Assembly: GCA_963693365.1 (NCBI GenBank)
Contig: CAVNZM010000013.1
Coordinates: forward strand, 1,327,817-1,391,816
Reading direction: 5' to 3'
Length of the DNA stretch: 64,000 nt
Source: Amoebidium appalachense
Lineage: Eukaryota; Protista; Ichthyosporea
This document shows positions 39,491-49,760 of this stretch, piece after piece. Under the pieces are notes generated by a model. It saw only the letters and a list, made by a program, of their open reading frames with translations, searched no databases and was not told the DNA's origin. The translations under genes and the position numbers were made by a program. How positions within the stretch are numbered: position 1 is the stretch's first letter; each line of letters begins with the position of its first letter.

Positions 39491-40240
39491 CTATTTCTGT
39501 AGATACAATTTCCTGTAAGTTTCCAAAAGACCCCCCCACCGTCCCCTCATGAGCACATGATGGTTGCCCAGGGGCTCCCTAAGAAAATACCCCACATCCC
39601 CCCTGTCAAATTTCACCCCCACCTGGGTCAGGCACCTATTGTTCTCCCACTTTCCCCCTTCCCCACTTTCCACCACTTTTCCCTCCCCCCACCAAATTTC
39701 CCTCAAATCAACCCCCCCGACCCTGGCCACCGTCACCTCCCCGGGGGGAAATTTCCCCAAAACCCCCACCCCGGAACCGCTCTCGAAATGGCTGTGCAAG
39801 TCGTAATTTGGCGTCAAAAACCGGGGAATTGTGCAGTGCGCGAACCAAGCTGTGTTTTTTTCAGTGTCAATATCTTGTGGGTTGGCCATGAAGGGAGGAC
39901 CCGCTGTTCCCTGCGTGAGGTGACTGAGTAGAAGCATTGTGAGGGCGGTGGGGACGTCACCCTCACAGCCGGAGATCACACCTGCGTCGTTCATGCTGCA
40001 AGGAGAGAAAATATAAAAGTTACAATACAGAATACAAATTTTGAGAAGGGAAGGGGGTTGGAGGGGGCTTTGAGGGGGGGGGGGGGGGGGGGGGGGGGAT
40101 GGGTTGGGTTGGTGGGTGGGTGGGTTGGTGGGGGGGGGGGGGGGGGGGGAGGGGAGGGGGGGGGAGGGGGGGGGGGGCAGGCGGCAGGGGGAGGGGGGGG
40201 GGGTATGTTTACATGTGAGTGTGTGTGCTTGTGTGTGTGC

Positions 40241-40309
<69 letters not shown>

Positions 40310-41357
40310 CGCACGCATGCGTGCGTGCGGGCGTGCGCGTGCGTGCGCGTGCGTGTGCGTGTGAATGTGTGTACGTGCATGCGTGTGTGCCACAGGCCGT
40401 GTGCGTGTCTGTGTGTGTGGACGTGCGTGTAGGTGTATGTCGTGTTGCGCACGTGTGCATGTGTATACGTGTGTGTGTGCGTATTCCCTTGGTCTTGGGG
40501 GGGGGGGGGGGGGGGGAGGGAAGAGGGAGGGAGGGAGGTGAATGGCATGGGGGGGGGGAGAGGGAGGGAGAGTGGAGGAGGGGATATAACATCGTGTGCC
40601 AAGGTGGGTTGGTGGTGGGTGGGAGGATGGGGGGAAGGGGGAAGGGGGAAGGGGGAAGGGGGTACGGGGCCCTCAGGGGTGGAGGGGGGGATAGGGGAAG
40701 GCTGCTCACTTTGAAAGAGCTAGGCACCCAGTGGTGTTCAGCTGTCCAATCAGATCGAAGCATCGCAGGGTCAGTGACGTCAGACCCCTCCTATCAACCA
40801 ATGATCTGAGGGCAATCGCAAGCGCCGCCCCCTTCTCCACCTCCCCTCTTTCTACCTCCACCCGTTTCGCTTTGCGCAAAAACCCCTCCGCTAAATCTCT
40901 TGCCTCCCTCGCGTTTTTTTTACCCTCCTCCGCCGTTCCCTTGCTATGATTGGTCGCTTCACAGGCTGCCCTCCCGTCACCACCCGTTTTTTTACTGTGT
41001 TTTGGCGGTGAGAAGGTGGTGTGATTTTGGTCCAATTGAACACGGAGGTATTCGTCGGTGAGTGCGGTGAGTGGAATGCGACTGATGCTGCATCCAAGGG
41101 CGGAATTTACGGCGGAATCTTCTGGCATGGATGCGACCAGCCAGTCGGATGGGGTGCCGATGATCCCCAGGTGCTCACGGCACATGGCACGGTGGGCCTG
41201 TGTGTGTGTGTTGGGGGGGGGGGGGGGGGGAGGGGGAAGAGGGGGGGGGAAGGGGAAAGGGCGAGGAGGGGGGAGAGGTGAGGGGGAGGGGAAGAGGGGG
41301 GAAGGGGGAGGGTTGGTGTGTGTGTGTGTGTGTATGTGTGTGTGTGTTGGGGGGGCG

Positions 41358-41429
<72 letters not shown>

Positions 41430-41483
41430 GTGTGTGTGTGTGTGTGTGAGCGTACGCGCGCGCATGTGTGTGTACGAGTGCGC

Positions 41484-41556
<73 letters not shown>

Positions 41557-41792
41557 CGTGCGTGCGTGTGTGTGTGTTGTGTGTGTGTGTGTGTGTGCGC
41601 GTGTGTGCGTGCGTGTGTGTGTGTGTGTGTGTGTGTGTATGCTTGTATGCCTGTGTGTGTGTGTCCGCAGGAGGAAGAGGAGGAGGTGGTGGTGGTGGTG
41701 GCGGCGTGGGGGGGGCGGGGGGGGGGTTTGGGGGGAAGGGGGGTTTGGTGTATGCATCAGAGGGTTGGAAATGGGGGGATGCGGGTGGGAGA

Positions 41793-41824
<32 letters not shown>

Positions 41825-42161
41825 GGGTTGGGGGGGGGGGGGGGGGGGGGGGGGTAATGAATGCATTAACAGCTCGCAAGCGTTGACCTAAGACACTAGA
41901 ACTACAAAAAGCAAACAAGAATTGAGAAGTTGGTGAGCCGCAGCCTGGGCAGGCAAATGCACAGGTAAATGTCCGAGTTAGAAAAAAGAGCTGCCCATCA
42001 TATATGCCGTAAGGCCCACATGTATTAGTAGTTTCATGCGGCGGACAGGTGTGTGTGAGCTCGGGAAGGGGGAGGGAGGGAGAGAGAGAGAAAGAGAGAG
42101 AGAGAGAGGGAGAGAGAGAGAGGGAGAGAGAGAGAGAGAGAAGAGTGTGTGTGTGTGTGTT

Positions 42162-42202
<41 letters not shown>

Positions 42203-42239
42203 TGCATCAAGGATGGCAGACATGAAAGCAGAGACATTA

Positions 42240-42284
<45 letters not shown>

Positions 42285-42627
42285 AAAAAAAAAAAAAAAC
42301 ACAAATGATCGTGCTGTTCACATGGCTATTGTCAGAGACATGGTTCCGATTGCTTCACCCAAAAGAATGTGATCCAACTTTTTAACCTCTCCCAAAAAAT
42401 AGGCAAGTCGACCCCCCCCCCAGGGCTATTGTCAGAGACATGGTTCCGATTGCTTCACCCAAAAGAATGTGATCCAACTTTTTAACCTCTCCCAAAAAAT
42501 AGGCAAGTCGACCCCCCTCCCCCCCCAGGGGGGGGGGAGGTATATGGGGGATTATATTATATTAGCTCCACGCTCATGATATGTGTGAGTTGATAAATAA
42601 AACATCGGTGACTAGAAAGGTTTTTTT

Positions 42628-42661
<34 letters not shown>

Positions 42662-43677
42662 GGAGGGAGGGGGGAACGCATGAGAGAGTGGACGAGGGAA
42701 GTGATCTCTTTGCCGGCACAAGAGAGGGGGAGGGAAGGAGGGGGGCGTGGAGCGAGAGAGGGGGGGGGGGGGGGGGGGGGGGGGAGGGAAAGAGGGAGGG
42801 GGGGGGGGGGGTGTAGTAACACCCGCTCACCTGCATACATCTCAAAGTGTTGACCGTTTCTTCCGCAGCCTTCTCCATTCCGCCAATCCCCTCTCCACGC
42901 AACAGCACGATCGAATCGCCCCTCCGCCCCCCCTGCCTTAATCGGGCCAAGATTTCCAACGCCGCCGGAAAACTGTTGTGGTGCGGGTGGGCGAAAAGTA
43001 GGATCGGATCGCGATTTCCTTTCTTCGATGATGAAATTTCAGCTTGATCGGCGATCAGATCGAGCACGCGTTGCTCGGTTCCACCAGTCAACACGAGAAA
43101 ACACCCTGTTGGCGTGAAAATGTTCAAATCAAATAAAAGGTAAATCTAAAGTTAAGATGAAGTGTTCTGCGTCTGGTATGGGTCGAAGCATTTCAAACAG
43201 TTATGTCGGCGTCTCTCTAGGCTTCCCTTATATGGCAACCGTAAATTTTCTATTGGTGGAGGGAGCACCATCATGATACAGGTTGAGCCAATCATATGCT
43301 CTGACGTAGATATGACGTAGGGTGCTGATTGGATCACATCAAAAAACTAACCAAAGGAGCCAAGTTGCTTCTTACGGTTATCGCCATAAGGGGTCGTCCG
43401 CAACGGGTAAACATATATAAGCATATATATATATGATATAAATAAATATACATAAATATATATAAATATGATATATGAATATATGTAAAAATATATAAAT
43501 ATATATAAACTTTTCTGGTTGCGGGCGGCCTCTCCATACAGATTTACCCCCTCCTCTAAGCAAGTGGAGTCTACTTTCAACGGAACGGGGTGATGGGATG
43601 CACAGGACGAAAGGTGTGTGTGTGTGGGGGGGGGATCAAAAGATCTAGAAGTGTTATTTCGGGGGGGGAAAGGGGCG

Positions 43678-43711
<34 letters not shown>

Positions 43712-44656
43712 TTGTGCCTAGGAGTATTGGCAGAGTCAAGTGGAAGATAGAAACCTGTGTAAGGGGAAAAAAAAAGGGGGAGGCGGGGGGGAGAGGGATA
43801 ACTATCCCCCCCACCCCCCTTCCTTTTTTTGGGGGGGGGGGGGGGGGTGGGATGGGAGGGAGGAGAGGGGGGGGGGGGGGGGGGGGGGAACAGTTGCAAA
43901 ACCTCGTGTCCTCAATATCATTCTTCGATGGATACCGGCACCAAGGAGGAAAGAGAGCCCCAATAATAAACAACGAAAAAGGAGAGAGAAGAAGGTAATG
44001 GCTGCTACCTGAAAGTGTTAAATCAGATCCACAATCGGCCTTCTAATGGTTGCTTGATAGTGGGGGGAACAAGATGGCAATGAGATCAACAGATTAATAG
44101 AGCTGTGAACATGGGTGCAATGAAAAAACCAGCAGATTAAAGCTCGAAGGGGAGGAAAAACGGGGGGGGGGGGGAGGGGGGGGGGGAGGGGGGGGGAGGG
44201 GGGGAGGGGGGGAGGGGGGGGAGGGGGGGGGGGGGGGGAGGGGGGGAAGAGGGGGAATTTGCGTGTGCACAGGTGCATGAGGCGCTTGGTGTGTGGTGCA
44301 TGCGTAGATGATGTGCATTGTATATTGTTAGTTCTCGAGTGAAGATGGCACGGCAGTGACGGCATGTAGGGTCGGTTATATTGAGTTCTTTCGTGGGGCC
44401 AGGACCCATCTAACTTAGCGCCTGTAAAGGATCCAAAGCTCAGCCTAGATCAACCGAAAATAAAAACATCAACATGCGTGTGGTTGTGGGTGCACTTCTG
44501 TAGCCGTACCTGTGTGTTTGTCTATGTGTATGGTTACTTCTCGTGCCGAGCATGCGTGCATGCAGGCGTGTGTGTGTGTAACAAATCATGTGTGTGTGCC
44601 TGCAAGCGCAGGTGTGTGTGTGGAAAACTTTGCGTGTGTTCCCCGGAGGGGAAGGA

Positions 44657-44695
<39 letters not shown>

Positions 44696-45036
44696 GGAGG
44701 ACCTGCAACATTCTCGTCAGTTGCACACCCACCAGTCTCTCCTTCCTTCTGCACCCCAACACCCAGTTTTTCCACCTCAGTTGTCAATCGGTGTGTCAGC
44801 TCCTGCATCATCTTCGTGTTTCCTTCGCTGAACGCAGAACACACGGGCACCAGCCGAACGTGGGGTTTAGGAAGCCACTTTGGCCCAGGATCCTGCGCAC
44901 ATGCGTCTGTGGGGAGAGCCCATTTTATGCCTTGTTTCAAGATGCTACCACTGTGTAACAAACGGCCAAGTGCTGGGATGAACTTTCGCCCTGACGAAAG
45001 GAAATGAGGAAGGAATGAGGATGTCAAAGGGAACAT
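39491..45036 (-). CDS. L-fucose isomerase-related protein (prokaryotic FucI/AraA-fold type) with an N-terminal extension, 4 exons (44703-45036, 42831-43105, 40710-41197, 39491-39995), ~533 aa
   Basis: Motifs [67 protein letters not shown] and LGNHH are typical of bacterial/archaeal fucose-isomerase-like proteins. Introns are GT-AG and phase-consistent (1602 nt total). Exon 1 assignment is less certain. Confidence 0.85.
42324..42517. repeat. 100-bp tandem duplication in an isomerase intron
   Basis: 42324-42420 matches 42424-42517. Confidence 0.9.
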
Positions 45037-45991
45037 CTTCGGTTGAGACGTTCTTGCTCGTGAAAGACGTCGAGAGGAAAGCTCAATCAAAAAAGAAAGA
45101 TTTGTACTTTGCTAACAGATGGTCTCTAAAGACCGTGTGGCATGGCTCGTGTCGAAATTTCAACCTAACCAATAAGACTTCTCTGTGTGCATGGTGCAGG
45201 GCTTCGCATTTGTATACATAGAAAAAGACTTAAGAAGTTCAATGACTACATTCCCACGCAACTTTGGTTTGTCACGAAAGCTTTGCAGATATGAAAAATA
45301 GGATCTTTTTCGGCAGCCCTATGGCCTCCGTAATTCATCTCGAGTGATGGTCGTAACTTGGCGGGACCGTGCAAAGAAAAACGACATGATTCGGAAACAA
45401 CAATATTAATAGTAGCATGTATTTTCACTTTTCTACTGCTCATTTGCTTCTAGCTGCTATTCTGGTGCCGGTTCTGATCTGATGTGTGCAGATTTCAAAG
45501 CTTCAAGCTGCGAAACAAAAAGTTCCATTATTCCTGCCGCTGTCTTTTTGCGTACTTGCAGGAAGGAGGGAAGGTGGCTCTGGAATTCCCCTAAAACCTG
45601 TTAGGTTAGGGCGAATAAGCTTATTTGAGACGCTGTTGAAAATGGAAAAATTAGAATTTGGATGAGGAAAATGGTGCCTTAAGGTCTTAACAGATTCAAA
45701 AAAAAATTAAACACTGCCTATTATTGTCAAAAAATATAATATAGCTAGTTTATTTACATGTTTGTACATAATTTAATCTTTCTTGGATTGGCCCTGACCT
45801 ACGGTACATAGAGTGCTTTTTTTTAGTCAAAAAATATTTGTTTTTGAAAAAGTTTCCCAACAACAAGCCCCAGGGGTATCGGAAATAGGATGCGTGCTGC
45901 TCCAATCGTATTGATGGATCACCAAGCGATATGATTGGTGCTCTTTGTTATCGTTTACGGATTGGCTAGTTTTTGACCGGCACGCAAACAC

Positions 45992-46292
45992 CACAGTGTC
46001 CACACTGGGACCCAGGCCTGGTCGTGACTCGTGGGCCTGGTCCACTACCTGTGACCTGTGCACCACTCAGCCACTGGCCATGCCATATGCATGACCACCA
46101 CCATCCTGAGTCCACCACCCCAAGGGCCTCGCTCCAGCTCATTTGATGATCATGCACGATCATATGCATGCAGGCAGGCGTGCCGTACACATGTACATGT
46201 ACCAGTGCGTACACGTACATACAAACACGCAAGCTGGACATGTACACGTACACAAACGTGCATACAACTGATCTCAGTGAGTCCTCGGCATG
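45992..46292. mobile_element. Possible 301-bp MITE-like insertion with an 8-bp TSD inside ORF1
   Basis: GCAAACAC occurs at 45984-45991 and 46293-46300. Ends are CA..TG with only weak inverted similarity (CACTGGGA / CACTGAGA). Removal keeps the ORF1 frame. Confidence 0.35.
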
Positions 46293-46304
46293 GCAAACAC
46301 GTGA

Positions 46305-46754
46305 CTTTGTCTGTCCTTCATTGGATACGATGTGCTGGAAGTAGCAGTACGGGGCGACTATAACCGTGCGTTCATCCGTGACGCGACAAAGGGGTGTGGA
46401 AGCTTCTTCACCCACCTCCCAAGCTACGACCCATGCGCGCCGGAAAACATTCAGAAAGCAGACAAAGAACGTAAAGTGTCTGCTAAGAATGCGTGCGCCA
46501 CACGTTGTCGTGTACGCATCAGCAAGGCAAAAGAGTTCCTCGCAAAGTTGGAAAACGATGCTACGAGCGTGATAGACACGGACACGAAGGAACCAATGTT
46601 TTCTGGTGAGAAACTGCTCGAGCGCAAACGCCGATGCGAGATGGAAATCGAGCTCTTCTGCGAACCGTTCGCGCTGGCGGAAGGTCGTGCATACGACCCC
46701 GTAAGCGACAAGTGGGAACCAACCCCACAGGTGTCGGACCAAACCGATACCTAA
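46305..46754 (+). pseudogene. Probable LINE ORF1 C-terminal part
   Basis: A 150-codon charged, non-repetitive ORF immediately upstream of, and overlapping, the APE frame. It has no upstream ATG. The same frame continues further upstream through TGA stops. Confidence 0.5.
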
Positions 46755-47395
46755 TTTATCCTTCTTCTTCTGGAATGCTCGGACACTGGGCCCCCAAAAG
46801 GGCCTCCCCCCCGGGACACTCGACGATAAAATCAGCTACATACAACAACAGACAAACAACCACACGTTTACAGTGATTTGCGAAACACAGTTTAAAAACC
46901 ACCACAAATTCAACTCTACATTGGTCGACACATCCACACACCCCGGTTACGCGAAAAACCGAGGCATTATTGTACTTGCCGCACCACACGTGAGAGTGAA
47001 GTGCAAACCGGTAGCAAAAACGGAATTCTCGGTTTCTATAGAGTTTCTTTCTAATGTTTTTACTTTTGTATATTACCCACCATCTATGTCGGTTGTCGAA
47101 TTGACTCACGAGTTGTCACAGTTACCAATGTCCACTGTTATTTTAGGTGATTTTAACACGCGACTCCACCACACAGACACACTGCAAGTGAGTGTCGGGT
47201 ACCCATCTAAGCCCCCGGAGCGTGCTATCTGTCATGTGCTGAGCTGATTCGTATTAGTTTACTTCTATATTTTGTGTTTTGGTGAGTTAATTTCGGGGGT
47301 TTTCTTGCATAGTGATGCCGGGGTCTAAATGGGGTATGAGGAGATTAATCAGTGGTATGGGGAGAATCTGATGCAGCGGCGGCTGATTGTTTGGT

Positions 47396-47834
47396 GCGCG
47401 CGTGCATGCCCCATGCCTCTGCGTACTCTCCATGTTAAATGTTGTATTGCTTCTTGCTGTGTGCGTGGCGAGACCCATGTTGCCTGCTCGCGTGTGTGTA
47501 TGCTTATATGTATTGTGAGTAAACGTGTGTACGTGTTGTAGTGCTGTAGGGGTGTCTGAGGTCGCGGTAGCCAATGGTGTGGAGTGCGTGTAGTCTGTGG
47601 GGGAGGGAGTGTTGTGATTGGCTGAATGTCACTGTGGTATGTGTCTGGCCAGTGGGCCGCGTGTCTGTGAAGTGTCTCGCGGGGTCGCGGGCTTTTGGAA
47701 GTTCTTCTCAGAACACAAAAAACTCGCTTCCCACCCAACTCAAAGAAAAGTTTATACGTATACACAGTTTCGAGCCCCTTTAAGCGTGCAGATAGTTAGA
47801 GTAGTTCATATACACTCTGTTTGTAGCCACGACA
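47396..47834 (+). repeat. Left direct repeat (LTR-like)
   Basis: Matches 49322-49760 at offset 1926. The 3 substitutions seen all fall in the last 30 bp. Confidence 0.92.
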
Positions 47835-49321
47835 AGCTACACCCCCTTTCTCTGCAGTTTTTTGCAGGGAGGGGGCACACGCACTGTTAGTCCTTCTGGG
47901 CTGTTGCTTTCACCCCTAGTTTTTTTTTTTCTTTCACGCCTAGCGGTTATGAGTGGCTTTGACTTAGGACTTTTTCGACAGTTAGAGGTAGAAGAAACAT
48001 ACGCACACACAGGCCTACAGCTAGCAACAGTTGGCATAGGCAACTTGAGCAGTAGGACTAGTATCACAGGGGACTTAGTCCTCGCTAAGGACCTTGACCT
48101 CCCTAGGTGACTTAGCAAGCTCAGGGCCGTTTGCCCAGCAGAGGCCTCAGAGGGGACCGGCGGCAGTCACCCTCCCCACGGCGCTACCAGCCCTACCAGC
48201 CACGGCCACAACGGGATAACAGATGGGCCAGGCTGGCGTCTTTGGGGCGGGACAGCAAGAGCCGGCGCCAGGCTCTTTCCCAGGCACCTGTGACAACTGC
48301 AAGGAGCGGGGGCAACGCGTGGTGTAAACAGCCCCGTCGTGGGGGGCAGGGACGTCGGTGACCGTGTTGCTGGTATGAAGGTTTTATTAGGGGGTAGGCC
48401 ATCTCTTGGGTTGTTGTTGTTGTAATACTATGGGAGTAACTGTTGTGTGGTGTTATTTTTCGGCGAGTTTTCTACTGGTGCCTGGCGTTTTCGACGTGTG
48501 TATGAGTCCTGTGTTGGCGACGTGTGTGGTTAGGGTCAGTGGAATAGAAAGTCCTGCTGCTGTCTGGGAGCTCGGCCCTCTGACGAGGGGGCTGGGGGGG
48601 GGTCGAAGTGTAGTCATGGCAGTGGCAGGCCCCCACTGTTGTGAACCCCCGTCGTCAAAGGGCCTGGTGCTGAGGCCCCTTGGAGTGGCTGCCCTGGGCC
48701 TGGTGTTGAGGCCCTTTGGAGTGGCTGCCCGTAGTGTTGTTGAGTAGTGTTGTGGTGCCCAGTGCAGCAGTAGGCCTTAGACACACCGCTGGGTAGGGCA
48801 CGGTTGGGGCGGAGGCATTCCCAAACCACCGGGACCTACGTAGTAGGAGTCTTTGTCGGGTAGAGGAATGGCCAGCAAGAGAGTCTGGAGGTGTACGTCA
48901 CATGAGTCTGGAGGTGTTCGTCACGGCATGTTTGGTTGTGTTAGGAATTCTTTGGGGATGGGGCATGCTGAGTGTGGTTGTATGGATGGTGTCTGTTATC
49001 ATGTCTGTTGCTATGTTCCACTCGATATAACATTGTGCCAGGGGCATGGGGTTTTGGGTGCAGATTGTGGACGGGGGCAGAGGTGCATCTACAGGGCAAC
49101 GTCAGTGGCGGTTCATAATTATCCTTGTTTTGGGGTTGGGTTGGGTATTAACCATGGTGGGGTGGTGTGTGGATGTATGTATATGTTTTATGTTATATGT
49201 TAAATGTTGCTTCCTGCATGGGTAGCGGTAGTTGTAGTCGCTCAGCACATAACTTTATTTTGTTTTTAGGTAGTTTTTACTGAGGTGGAACTCAGTTATT
49301 TTCTGTGCGAGGGGGGAGTTG

Positions 49322-49760
49322 GCGCGCGTGCATGCCCCATGCCTCTGCGTACTCTCCATGTTAAATGTTGTATTGCTTCTTGCTGTGTGCGTGGCGAGAC
49401 CCATGTTGCCTGCTCGCGTGTGTGTATGCTTATATGTATTGTGAGTAAACGTGTGTACGTGTTGTAGTGCTGTAGGGGTGTCTGAGGTCGCGGTAGCCAA
49501 TGGTGTGGAGTGCGTGTAGTCTGTGGGGGAGGGAGTGTTGTGATTGGCTGAATGTCACTGTGGTATGTGTCTGGCCAGTGGGCCGCGTGTCTGTGAAGTG
49601 TCTCGCGGGGTCGCGGGCTTTTGGAAGTTCTTCTCAGAACACAAAAAACTCGCTTCCCACCCAACTCAAAGAAAAGTTTATACGTATACACAGTTTCGAG
49701 CCCCTTTAAGCGTGCAGATAGTTAGAGTAGTTTGTATACACTCTGTTTGTTGCCACGACA
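49322..49760 (+). repeat. Right direct repeat (LTR-like)
   Basis: Copy of 47396-47834, preceded by a purine tract and followed by the TSD. Confidence 0.92.

Larger units (their letters stand above)
47230..49760 (+). mobile_element. Non-autonomous LTR-retrotransposon-like insertion (2531 bp) nested in the LINE endonuclease
   Basis: TSD CTATC (47225-47229 and 49761-49765). Termini TGTCATG...CACGACA. 439-bp direct repeats. PPT-like GAGGGGGGAG at ~49309-49318. Gag-like R/Q/P-rich remnant with a frameshifted zinc knuckle (CDNCKERG..WC) at ~48130-48360. Confidence 0.85.

Noticed and set aside
45966-46742. 258-aa minus-strand ORF
   Set aside because: It is the antisense shadow of the LINE ORF1 region and has no recognisable motifs.
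47230-49760. DIRS/Ngaro split-direct-repeat element
   Set aside because: A 5-bp TSD and TG..CA ends indicate DDE-integrase insertion, and there is no tyrosine recombinase remnant.
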